Below, piece by piece: positions 26,014-34,791 of a stretch of 40,000 nt of DNA. Source of the DNA: Nitrosopumilus sp. (GTDB lineage Archaea > Thermoproteota > Nitrososphaeria > Nitrososphaerales > Nitrosopumilaceae); the NCBI RefSeq assembly GCF_025699125.1, contig NZ_JAILWC010000004.1, positions 160,735 to 200,734 on the forward strand, read 5' to 3'. The stretch's first letter is position 1, and the number at the start of each line of letters is the position of its first letter. The translations under genes were made by a program, and so were the position numbers. The notes beneath the pieces were generated by a model that did not search any database, was not told the origin of the DNA, and saw only the letters and a program-made list of their open reading frames with translations.

Positions 26014-26835
26014 TTGTCTGAATCACAAAAGCCTAAAGAATTCAAGTATGTATTTCATGGCAGAGTTTTACCAGAAAGAGCAGATGTCGAAATCACAGGA
26101 GGTCCAATTATCGGAATACAAACTAGCACTGGGTATGATCTTAGAATATCTTTTGAAATTCGAAAATCTTTGATTTCAATACATGTAACATCTTTTGGAG
26201 AAATTACTGATTTTGCAGAAGTTAGAAATTTCTTACTGGATTTTGTTCGATTACATACAGATTCGTACGGATACATTAAGGGATATGCATATGATGCAGA
26301 AATCACATCTGTAAGTGGCGAGAACAATCAACCTTACATAATTTTTGGAGTAGGGATAAAGGAATTGACCGATGAAGAATCCAAACGCGCGTTTCAAAAA
26401 ATAGATAAAATTATCTTATTAGCAATACAAGACAAATATCGATTCATTTATGGCACATTAGCAAATCTTCGACTATCTATCAAATATCCTTCTGATACAG
26501 GAACCTTTTGTTATAGAGCCGTTGAAAGCATTAGACAATATTTTGGAGTTAAAGGCGATTCCAGAGATGCAAGAAAAAAAGCTTGGGAAAAATTAAATGC
26601 AGAGCTTAATGTTGATAAAAGTTGGACAGCTAGAATAGCTGATTTTGCATTAGATCCGAGACATGGAAAACAAAAATCAATCACACATGATGAACGGGTA
26701 GAGATAATGCAAAAAACTTGGGTGATAGTGGATAGGTTTTTGATTTATGCTCAAAATAATGAACAAACTTTAGACACTGCCTCGTTTCCATTACTAAAAT
26801 ACAATGACACAAAAGGGACAAAAGAATCACTATAA
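26014..26835 (+). CDS. casposon ORF, unknown function (273 aa)
   Basis: TTG start 28 bp inside the left TIR, with no in-frame ATG for about 230 codons. It overlaps the cas1 start by 32 nt. I recognise no motif. Confidence 0.55.
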   Translation: MSESQKPKEFKYVFHGRVLPERADVEITGGPIIGIQTSTGYDLRISFEIRKSLISIHVTSFGEITDFAEVRNFLLDFVRLHTDSYGYIKGYAYDAEITSVSGENNQPYIIFGVGIKELTDEESKRAFQKIDKIILLAIQDKYRFIYGTLANLRLSIKYPSDTGTFCYRAVESIRQYFGVKGDSRDARKKAWEKLNAELNVDKSWTARIADFALDPRHGKQKSITHDERVEIMQKTWVIVDRFLIYAQNNEQTLDTASFPLLKYNDTKGTKESL

Positions 26836-27805
26836 CGTAAAACTACTACGAGGCTACGGAGTATCCATATCTCTCAAAGACTCTAAAATTATTCTAAAAA
26901 ATGGAAGGCATGTTATCACAGGAGAACAAGAATCCGAAGAATGGTTTGTCAACAACATGCCATATGAAAAAATAATACTTTCTGGAAAAGGATATGTTAG
27001 TACGGAAGCATTATCATTATTATCTCAAAAGAACAGAAACATAATCCTAATTGACACATACGGTAAACCAATAATCTTCTGCAACTCTATGATGGATTCT
27101 CTAACGGCTACAAAATATCGAATGGCACAGTACGATACGTTCAGAGATCCTGAGAAATGTGAGTATCTGCGTAAGCAGATTATACAAAGTAAAAAAGAAT
27201 CTCAACTAAAACTGTTAAAACTAATTGGTAGTGATGTAACTTCTCTACCTGAAAAAGAACATCTTGCAAGTAAAGTCTATTTCAAAGAATTTGCCAAAGT
27301 CATTCCTGAAAGATATGGATTTAATTCAAGAAATCAATCGTTTATCCGAACATCAAAAAACAATGCAACTGATATCATCAATGCGTTACTAAACTATGGT
27401 TATTCTGTTTTGGCAGGGGAAATCTCAAAGTTTGTCTGCGGGTTTGGATTAGATCCTTATTTTGGATTTATGCACAAATCTCATACGGGATTTCAACCGT
27501 TGGTTTATGATTTGATAGAACCATTTCGATGGCTAGTTGATTATACTGTATTCAAAATTGCAAACCATCCAAATTATCGTTATAGAATCAAACTCAAGGA
27601 ATTTGTTCATACAAGGGAGGGGAATGTCGTGATGGATTCATCTTTGATCAAGAGGTTTTTGGAGATGTTAGAAAGACAGTTCCAACAGGAAAGAAAGTAT
27701 GATTTTAGGCATGGAAAGAAGACTGAATCGGGTTTGAAATCAGTTCAAGAAATTACTGTTGCAAAGATTATGATTCAAAAATTATCTGATTTTTGTAGCC
27801 AATAA
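26804..27805 (+). CDS. cas1: Cas1-family integrase (casposase)
   Basis: 333 aa with an N-terminal beta-rich domain (LLRGYGVSISLKDSKIILKNG). The catalytic alpha-domain motifs are ATDIINALLNYGYSVLAGEI and GFMHKSHTGFQPLVYDLIEPFRWLVD, carrying the conserved His and acidic residues. Confidence 0.88.
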   Translation: MTQKGQKNHYNVKLLRGYGVSISLKDSKIILKNGRHVITGEQESEEWFVNNMPYEKIILSGKGYVSTEALSLLSQKNRNIILIDTYGKPIIFCNSMMDSLTATKYRMAQYDTFRDPEKCEYLRKQIIQSKKESQLKLLKLIGSDVTSLPEKEHLASKVYFKEFAKVIPERYGFNSRNQSFIRTSKNNATDIINALLNYGYSVLAGEISKFVCGFGLDPYFGFMHKSHTGFQPLVYDLIEPFRWLVDYTVFKIANHPNYRYRIKLKEFVHTREGNVVMDSSLIKRFLEMLERQFQQERKYDFRHGKKTESGLKSVQEITVAKIMIQKLSDFCSQ

Positions 27806-27809
27806 TTTT

Positions 27810-28265
27810 TTATTTTTCTAAAACTTCTTCAACTGTAGAGCACTTACATTTAGAAACAAAACTATCTTCTTGAATAGCTTTTTTTAGATTTCCATCTGCA
27901 GTTACAAGGATTGCATTAGATTGTAATGTTACACCAACAAATTCAGTGTCACATTTTTTAACTCCTTCAAAATTATTTGAAATACCCTCTATTATACTCG
28001 TTTTCAATGGATCACTCATCACTCCTAAAAATCTAGGAATTATATGATTGTCTAATATCTCGTTATTGTATTTCTGTTCCACTTTTTTAGGTAATGCAAA
28101 AAACTTTTGTTGAATTTTCAAATTCATAAACTGTTTGTCTTTGTTTGAGAAAAATCCATAAAGAAATATTTTTTCTGTATCTGCATTTTTAGATTTATTG
28201 TTTGATGCTTTTTTTCCATGAATTGCATTTAAAACAACATTTTCATCAATTACATAATCAGTCAT
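27810..28265 (-). CDS. PIN-like domain protein (putative nuclease partner of the ATPase)
   Basis: The N-terminal MTDYVIDENVVLNA resembles the PIN first strand plus Asp. The C-terminal CDTEFVGVTLQSNAILVTADGNLKKAI resembles the PIN D..ia.A....a.LvT.D motif. The ATG at 28265 overlaps the ATPase stop by 8 nt (ATGACTGA). The track start is TTG at 28298, and a further in-frame ATG lies at 28280. Confidence 0.5.
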   Translation of the reverse strand: MTDYVIDENVVLNAIHGKKASNNKSKNADTEKIFLYGFFSNKDKQFMNLKIQQKFFALPKKVEQKYNNEILDNHIIPRFLGVMSDPLKTSIIEGISNNFEGVKKCDTEFVGVTLQSNAILVTADGNLKKAIQEDSFVSKCKCSTVEEVLEK

Positions 28266-29520
28266 TGGGTTCACCCACATATTTAGAAAACATTTCAAAA
28301 TCAGTTTCCCAAAATTCTTTTAATCCATTTTTGATTTGTCCATGTTCATTAATAGGTAAAGTCTCTATTTTTGAAACCCCTGTTTTTTCATCTTGATAAA
28401 ATGAATTTACTGTGACTCTAGTGGGGTTAATTTGCTGTTTGCTTGCAATTTTTGCTAAAAATGGATAGAGCATATGCTCACTATGAGTAGTAAAAATAAG
28501 CTGTTTATTGTCTTTGTTTGAAATTTCTATCATTAATTCTACAAGTTTTGATTGAGCTTTGGGATGCAAATGGATTTCAGGCTCATCTATGGCAATTACA
28601 GAACCTGAAGGACTTCCTACCAGTATTGTAAGTAACAAGATTACTTGATTAGGACCAGTTCCTTCGTTTGCAATAGCATTAGCAAATCCATTCTTTACAA
28701 ATTCCAAGGTCACTCCTTGCAGTTCAGATGAAAGAAGGTCTACATTTCTAGTACGAATCGTTTTACCCGTTAATTGATGGATAAATGAACTGATTTTACC
28801 TAGCAAATCGGTATCTTTGCTTAATTTGCTTAAAGTTACATCCATTAAAGATTCTGGACTACTTGAAAGTAAATCATCAGGTGTTCGTACCAATTTAACA
28901 CCATATTTTGTTGCAGAACGAAAAAATGGAATATAGAAAAACTCATCTAACAATTGTTCGGTAAATTCCCCATTTGCAAATATATTATTGATTCTAGTAC
29001 TTGTTTCACTCCCCTCCTTAGATGCTATTCGTGGGTGTAGTCCATTTATGGAACACTCTAACGTGGACTTTTCCTCTTGTCCTCTTCTAGAATTAATACG
29101 TGTTTTCTGATTTCGATAACTAAATTCAAAATCGTAGTGATCTACATTTACACCTAGATACACATCAGAAATACCCTTTTCCCCTTCTGTAACATAATAC
29201 CCGAAATCAGCTTTTGTTTTTCCTTCATAATCAATTCCGGTGGCGATTGTTTTTATCCCTTCTACCCCAATTCGTATTTTTCGTGTAAGGTCACCAAATG
29301 AGACAACATCTTTAAAATTTCCATAATCATAAGAGTCTGTTGAATATGTTAGATTATTGGTTCCTTGTTGTTTCAATGATGTTTTTAAAATTAAAAGAGC
29401 TTGAAGAATAGATGATTTTCCACTGCTGTTAGATCCTATGAGAATATTGAATTGACTTAATGGTATTTCCCAATTAACATGTGATTTAAAATTCTCTAGA
29501 CGTATTTTTTCAAGATACAC
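28258..29520 (-). CDS. ABC/SMC-like AAA_15/AAA_21-family ATPase
   Basis: 420 aa, GTG start. The N-terminus YLEKIRLENFKSHVNWEIPLSQFNILIGSNSSGKSSILQAL carries Walker A. The C-terminus VIAIDEPEIHLHPKAQSKLVELM...LIFTTHSEHML carries Walker B, D-loop and H-loop. Confidence 0.8.
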   Translation of the reverse strand: MYLEKIRLENFKSHVNWEIPLSQFNILIGSNSSGKSSILQALLILKTSLKQQGTNNLTYSTDSYDYGNFKDVVSFGDLTRKIRIGVEGIKTIATGIDYEGKTKADFGYYVTEGEKGISDVYLGVNVDHYDFEFSYRNQKTRINSRRGQEEKSTLECSINGLHPRIASKEGSETSTRINNIFANGEFTEQLLDEFFYIPFFRSATKYGVKLVRTPDDLLSSSPESLMDVTLSKLSKDTDLLGKISSFIHQLTGKTIRTRNVDLLSSELQGVTLEFVKNGFANAIANEGTGPNQVILLLTILVGSPSGSVIAIDEPEIHLHPKAQSKLVELMIEISNKDNKQLIFTTHSEHMLYPFLAKIASKQQINPTRVTVNSFYQDEKTGVSKIETLPINEHGQIKNGLKEFWETDFEMFSKYVGEPND

Positions 29521-29546
29521 TATTTACAATCGATCTGATAAAGAAT

Positions 29547-31445
29547 TTAAAGATCACTTTCAGGTTCATATACAAATTCATCATATCCTGACCAAATAAT
29601 CTCATTCTTTGAGATAATATCTCCTATAATATCAATAGGAATAGGCACAGAATCACACCATTTCTTGTCTTTTAATGATTCCAAATCGGATAACCAATGT
29701 CGCTTTCTATCTGAGTTTAGTCCAATTTTCTTGTCATACGTTTCAATCTTTCCAATATCATCAATTTTGTCATATACAATTCCTCCTTTGATATGGGTGG
29801 TTCTTGTAGTTGCAACAGTAATGTAGAGATTTCCTTCCTCATCAATCTTTGTTGCCAAATGTTCAATCTCTATCTTTCTTTCAGTGTCATATCCTATTCC
29901 ACGATTCTTCCATTTGCCATTGATATGATAGAATCCGTTAGAAAGAAAATACGTGTCAAAGCCATACTTGTCAAGTTTCATCCCCCCTAGTTTTTTACTA
30001 TCTAGATTTGGAATCTTTTTTCTGCATGCAATAGAGTCAGTTGCAAATGCCACTACATCTCTTTCAATGTTATTGTCTCTGACAAACTTGTACAGTTGTG
30101 CCCTTGCAAAACCTGTGATGTAAGATGCAATAATTGGATTAAACAAATTGCCCATAACACCATTTGTTCGCTGAGCCATCTTACCATAGACGGAATTTAG
30201 AATGATCTTGATTGCTCTCTCTAGCGAATTTCCTTCTTTTTGTAATTCCATTCTTTTCTCATATTGGGAATTTACAAAGTCTCTAAATGGATATGTACAG
30301 TTTTCATTTGCAATGAATTGCTGTGATTCTATTATTTTGTATTTTATTCTAGAGTCACCAATTACTGCCTTTAGTTCCTCTAGTGTGACAAATGTCTCAA
30401 ACTCTCCTGATGGGTAGATGATTCTATTATTTTTTGTTCTAAATGGAAATGGCGAAATTTTAACAGAATCAGAAACATATGCTCTGATGTGAAAGAATCC
30501 TAATGATGCTTTGGGGTTTATTCTAGTGGAATGAATCCATTTGCCATCAGTAATGTCTGGAAGAAATGTTAACGCATATGGATACGCTGAATTGATATCA
30601 TAGATGTAGCACTCTCCGATGAATCCGCGTTGAATTAGCTCAAATCGCCCTCCATAGAACGATTTCCACGCCAAATCCTGTATTTCATAGGGAATATCAG
30701 TAAACAATGCGATTTCCACGTCATTGAATATCAATACTTTTTCTGCCAGATATCCCGAACTTATCCAGTTTGCCGTGTAAAACTGGTATGCGTTAAAAAA
30801 AGTATCTAGCCAGTAATCTGCCAGTTCTTGAGTTAAAACACAATCCAAAAGACAATAGTCTCGGATCTTTTGCTTGTTTCTCATAAAGTATCGCAGTGAA
30901 AACTTTTTTCTCTTTTCTTTTGTTTCAAGATACTCTTGATCAAGAGTCTTTTTGATATGCTCAGAATATGCAACCTCGAGTCGTTTGTTATCATAGTATT
31001 GTGCAATATCATAGCATGAAATGGAATGCTTGTCTTTTCTAATTGTTAGTTGCTTTTTTGGAATGTATCTTATTTGATATCCGTTGTATTGAAAATCTAA
31101 TCTTTTACTAGTCTTGTAGGTTTTAAGAATGTCTTTGGGCAATAATTTTAAAATGCATTCAGCATCATATTGTAGATTGTAAAAAAATATCCAATACCCC
31201 TCATGCTTTAGAAGAAGTTTTGCAATGTTATCAAATGTTATGTCTGGATATTCTAGTTTAACACCATTTGACAACATGAAAAGAAAAATGTTTCCTTTAA
31301 CAGTTTCAGTGTCAGCCCCCAAAGTTTTTCTTCGTTGTGAGATGTTTGGATTTCTGTTCTGCTTTCTAGTTTTGATAAATGTCAGGTCTTTGGCATTTGA
31401 TTTCGGAGTGTAAACTTGCAATGTCATGGGCTTGGATTCCTCCAT
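29547..31445 (-). CDS. polB: family B DNA polymerase, protein-primed type
   Basis: 632 aa. The motifs are ExoI GADTET, ExoII FFYNLQYDAE, ExoIII YCLLDCVL, Pol A YIYDINSAYPYAL, Pol B KIILNSVYGKMAQ and Pol C VVAFATDSIA. Confidence 0.9.
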   Translation of the reverse strand: MEESKPMTLQVYTPKSNAKDLTFIKTRKQNRNPNISQRRKTLGADTETVKGNIFLFMLSNGVKLEYPDITFDNIAKLLLKHEGYWIFFYNLQYDAECILKLLPKDILKTYKTSKRLDFQYNGYQIRYIPKKQLTIRKDKHSISCYDIAQYYDNKRLEVAYSEHIKKTLDQEYLETKEKRKKFSLRYFMRNKQKIRDYCLLDCVLTQELADYWLDTFFNAYQFYTANWISSGYLAEKVLIFNDVEIALFTDIPYEIQDLAWKSFYGGRFELIQRGFIGECYIYDINSAYPYALTFLPDITDGKWIHSTRINPKASLGFFHIRAYVSDSVKISPFPFRTKNNRIIYPSGEFETFVTLEELKAVIGDSRIKYKIIESQQFIANENCTYPFRDFVNSQYEKRMELQKEGNSLERAIKIILNSVYGKMAQRTNGVMGNLFNPIIASYITGFARAQLYKFVRDNNIERDVVAFATDSIACRKKIPNLDSKKLGGMKLDKYGFDTYFLSNGFYHINGKWKNRGIGYDTERKIEIEHLATKIDEEGNLYITVATTRTTHIKGGIVYDKIDDIGKIETYDKKIGLNSDRKRHWLSDLESLKDKKWCDSVPIPIDIIGDIISKNEIIWSGYDEFVYEPESDL

Positions 31446-31801
31446 ATGACATCTGAGATGTCTGATTCAAGTCCTCGCCTTAATTTTGAGAATTCGCTTC
31501 TTATTTCTCTAAGTGATTTTCCAGTATCAAAATTCTTTTGTATAGATCTAAAGTAATTCCAGCTTCGTCGCATCTTTTGACTGCGATTCTTGTTTGCATC
31601 TGATCTTTTCTTTTGTCTTTCCTCTTCTTTTTGGTTTTTAGATTTTAGCAGTTTTTGAATCTGGTTCTGAATGTTCATGCGTTCGCCCATCAACTGTCTG
31701 AGAAATTTCTTGGTTTGAGCCGTCTGTCGAAATACCTGTAATTGCTCAATTTCCTTCTTGATAACTTCAATTTCTGAGCGCAATCGGTCGATTTTTCGCA
31801 T
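31424..31801 (-). CDS. highly basic coiled-coil protein upstream of and overlapping polB (hypothetical)
   Basis: 125 aa, rich in K/R/Q, with heptad-like EIEVIKKEIEQLQVF. It overlaps the polB start by 22 nt. Confidence 0.55.
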   Translation of the reverse strand: MRKIDRLRSEIEVIKKEIEQLQVFRQTAQTKKFLRQLMGERMNIQNQIQKLLKSKNQKEEERQKKRSDANKNRSQKMRRSWNYFRSIQKNFDTGKSLREIRSEFSKLRRGLESDISDVIWRNPSP

Positions 31802-31885
31802 ATCATAGGCATAAAACCATAGATTATCAGTTGGTAAGTAGATTTATGATGTTATGAGACATATGTCAAAAAAGGTAAAAATGAC

Positions 31886-32656
31886 ATGGTAAATGAAAAG
31901 AATCCTAAGTCTGTTCTTAAAAATCGCCTTTCACAAGAGTTATTTTTTGAGATATTCATGATGCCTGCATCAGGCTACAAACTGGCTCAAATTGTTCAGA
32001 ATACGACAAAGACCCCCAACACAAAATCTGTTTATCGAGTTTTGGCAAAATTGATAGAACACGGATACATCACATATAAAGACAAAAAATATCATCACAA
32101 TCCAAAAACACTTACTGATGAACTTGTAAAATATTTGAATTCGAAGGATGTTGTATTGGATAAGGCTGATATGAATTATCTTTTATTTCTGGTAACCAAT
32201 GCTGAATTTTTTAATCATTTTATAGTTGATCTTAATATTCATGTAAAACCAAAAAACTACCAAAATCTATTACAGGAAATCACAAACATGGTTGGCATGT
32301 GTGCTGCAATATTGTTGTATGGAATAAATACATCAACAACAAAGCCCATTCCAGTAAGAATTTCGCTTGAGAAAATCAATGAAAGGATAATGAAATTAAA
32401 AAAACATGTTAATGATGAAATACCTAAAAAAGTACGTGGTTCAAAATCACAACGAAAATTACAACAAAAACAATTAGAAAAATTGTATCATCATCTTCTG
32501 TCTTATGTTTTTTTATTTGTTGTACAAGAAAAAATACCTAAAAAAGCATTGATAAAATTTGCAACTCTTTGGAATCAATATGGAGGATTTAAAATTGGAG
32601 TCAAAGTTGGAAAGATTGATTTTAAAAATAATCCATTTAGAAAACACTTTGAATAA
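31886..32656 (+). CDS. winged-helix DNA-binding protein (hypothetical regulator)
   Basis: 256 aa. MPASGYKLAQIVQNTTKTPNTKSVYRVLAKLIEHGYITYKD fits a PadR/MarR-like wHTH. It is divergent from the polB operon. Confidence 0.55.
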   Translation: MVNEKNPKSVLKNRLSQELFFEIFMMPASGYKLAQIVQNTTKTPNTKSVYRVLAKLIEHGYITYKDKKYHHNPKTLTDELVKYLNSKDVVLDKADMNYLLFLVTNAEFFNHFIVDLNIHVKPKNYQNLLQEITNMVGMCAAILLYGINTSTTKPIPVRISLEKINERIMKLKKHVNDEIPKKVRGSKSQRKLQQKQLEKLYHHLLSYVFLFVVQEKIPKKALIKFATLWNQYGGFKIGVKVGKIDFKNNPFRKHFE

Positions 32657-32914
32657 AATATTTTTAAAAATATGTCTACTATAATCATTAATGTAATTTT
32701 AATTCAAATGGTAAAACTATAAAGAAAAATTAATGTTTTTACATAATTATATCATTACAATTCCATAATGAGTTACAGTTTAGGTTTAGTTTCATTGTAA
32801 CAATTCAGTAATGATTTTACTGATTTTGTGAATAACTAGCCATAATATTGTGAATTATTACAGAATCAGGCATAATATTCCATTTTGAATTCCAATTATT
32901 TATTCGTAGAAAAA

Positions 32915-32930
32915 ATTCCACATGTGGAAT
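32915..32930. repeat. perfect 16-bp palindrome ATTCCACATGTGGAAT
   Basis: Read directly from the sequence. It is flanked by two copies of aattccaattat (32888-32899 and 33003-33014). Confidence 0.7.
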
Positions 32931-33181
32931 AATTCCTAATGGAACTGTTACAGTTTCAAATTGTGTTTGTATTATCTTTTTTAATTCTAATTCGAATTGT
33001 AAAATTCCAATTATGATATTAATTCGGATAAAGCCCGTTCGAGTTATATCTTCGAATTTGCACTTTTCACGCCTAGTTAAACGGCAAAAGCATAGGAATT
33101 GACCTAATTCGAATCATCAAGTGAACCTAGTTTGTCGAATCGTAACCTTTTTGAATCGCCGTTGACATCAATGAACTTTTT

Positions 33182-33445
33182 CAGTAATTGGAGGGTATTT
33201 TTGAAAACCTGTTCATTTTGATACAGTAAAATTTACGAAAACAAGTTTACAGAAACCCCAGTAAAATTATGAATAAAATCATGAAAACAAGGAAAAATTT
33301 ACTGTTTTATGCCTAGTAAAATTCAGTAAAATCATAATTCTATGTATGAAAAATAACACCTTATCGGAGTAAAGTTTACTGATTATTTAGTAAAGTTTTC
33401 AAATGTAAAGTGGTGGACAAAACTATTCAATCAGGAAAGTAAAAT
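33182..33445. repeat. iteron array: at least 10 copies of (C/T/G/A)AGTAAA(A/G)T in both orientations
   Basis: Full 9-mer copies lie at 33224, 33259, 33314, 33324, 33367, 33388 and 33437. Shorter or variant copies lie at 33182 (cagtaat), 33297 (inverted, cagtaaat) and 33375 (inverted, cagtaaa). A related hairpin tcagtaa-N5-ttactga lies at 32805-32823. The array ends at the start codon of the TIR-like gene. Confidence 0.65.
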
Positions 33446-34790
33446 GGACAATGAATTACCATACAAAATTTTGAAAATAATGCGAGATCTTTACAATATG
33501 GACCCTATGAGTTACATGGGTATGGATTACTTTGAACCAGAACTTAAACTTCCTGAAGAAGTAATTCAAGGGGCGTTAATCTATCTGAAAGAAAAAGACT
33601 GGATAAGATCTTTCAAAGATGTTCATGGTGAATGGGTTCAACGAATCAACGCTAATGGAATGGATGAATTACTAAACTATGAAAAAGAACATGCTGATGA
33701 TAATGAGCCATTAGAATTTGATGTGTCTCATGAAGATCATACTGGTAAAATCAAGGTCTTTATCAGCCACAAATTTGTAAAATCAGACCAAAAATTAGCA
33801 AAAGCCTTAGAACACAATCTTAATGAAAATAACATCTATGGTTACTTGGCAGAACGAAGAAAAGAATATGATATTGTATTTGGAGAGAAAATAAAAAATG
33901 AAATTAAATCATCAGACTATCTAGTAGCCATTATTACTAAAAACTCTCATTTTGCACCATCAGTACATCAAGAAATAGGATACGCTATGGGAATTGGAGT
34001 TCCTGTCAGAGTAATGGCTGAAGAAAAAGAAGCAAAAGGAGTATTAGTAGAAGGCAAAGACATTGAAATTTTTACAAGATATGATTTTGAAAAATATCTA
34101 GGAAATATAATAAAAAATATTCAAAAAAATGGAATTAGAAAAAAACTATCTCAAAAAGAAAAAGATGATCTAATTACACATGTGTATCGTCCTTGTTTTA
34201 ACCAATTAATGAATATATATCCAAAACGAGATTTCATAACAGAAATTCCAGATAATGCGTGGAACAAACTTGAACCATTTTGGCAATTAAAATGTGAGCC
34301 TGAAATATCAAAACTTTTTCAGGAATACGAAAAAGAGAGAAATACTTGGCATCTAATGTGGATAGACTTTCAAAATAAATGCCAATCCAAACGAAAAGAA
34401 TTAGGAGAAATGCTTAGACCTATTTTTGAAAAATATCATTTGTTCAATTTGGATGGAACTCTTTCTTTTGGAGGATATGATCTTAATCCCGAAGAATGGA
34501 TTCATAACTGTCAGGATGTTCTGTTTAACCCTCAAATTCAAAATCGATTGGAGTTGTACGTAACATTAAAAGACTTTGCACTAAAGAAATGGGGCGAAAG
34601 ATATTCAAAATCATATGACAAATGGCATCAAAACAATCCGTTGATTTTTACTGAAATCTTAAAAATGATTCCCTATTTAATAGATAAACTAGATGCAGAA
34701 TTCCCATATAATAAAATCAATGATCAGAGAAACATTCTAAAAGAAAAAATCGAGATATTGACACTTGCTCTAGAAGAAAAATTGAGATGA
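33444..34790 (+). CDS. wHTH + TIR-like (DUF1863 / nucleoside 2-deoxyribosyltransferase-like fold) domain protein with unknown C-terminal helical domain
   Basis: 448 aa. Residues ~103-215 read KVFISHKFVKSDQKLAKALEHNLNENNIYGYLAERR...SSDYLVAIITKNSHFAPSVHQEIGYAMGIGVPV, matching the TIR-like pattern (FISH start, S.wv.qEig.A with a conserved Glu). The N-terminal ~80 aa looks like a wHTH. Confidence 0.6.
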   Translation: MDNELPYKILKIMRDLYNMDPMSYMGMDYFEPELKLPEEVIQGALIYLKEKDWIRSFKDVHGEWVQRINANGMDELLNYEKEHADDNEPLEFDVSHEDHTGKIKVFISHKFVKSDQKLAKALEHNLNENNIYGYLAERRKEYDIVFGEKIKNEIKSSDYLVAIITKNSHFAPSVHQEIGYAMGIGVPVRVMAEEKEAKGVLVEGKDIEIFTRYDFEKYLGNIIKNIQKNGIRKKLSQKEKDDLITHVYRPCFNQLMNIYPKRDFITEIPDNAWNKLEPFWQLKCEPEISKLFQEYEKERNTWHLMWIDFQNKCQSKRKELGEMLRPIFEKYHLFNLDGTLSFGGYDLNPEEWIHNCQDVLFNPQIQNRLELYVTLKDFALKKWGERYSKSYDKWHQNNPLIFTEILKMIPYLIDKLDAEFPYNKINDQRNILKEKIEILTLALEEKLR

Positions 34791-34791
34791 T

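Noticed and set aside
26804-27805. cas1 as part of a CRISPR-Cas adaptation module
   Set aside because: No cas2 or cas4, no effector genes and no repeat-spacer array occur anywhere in the 40 kb. Instead cas1 sits with a PolB inside TIRs, which fits a casposon.
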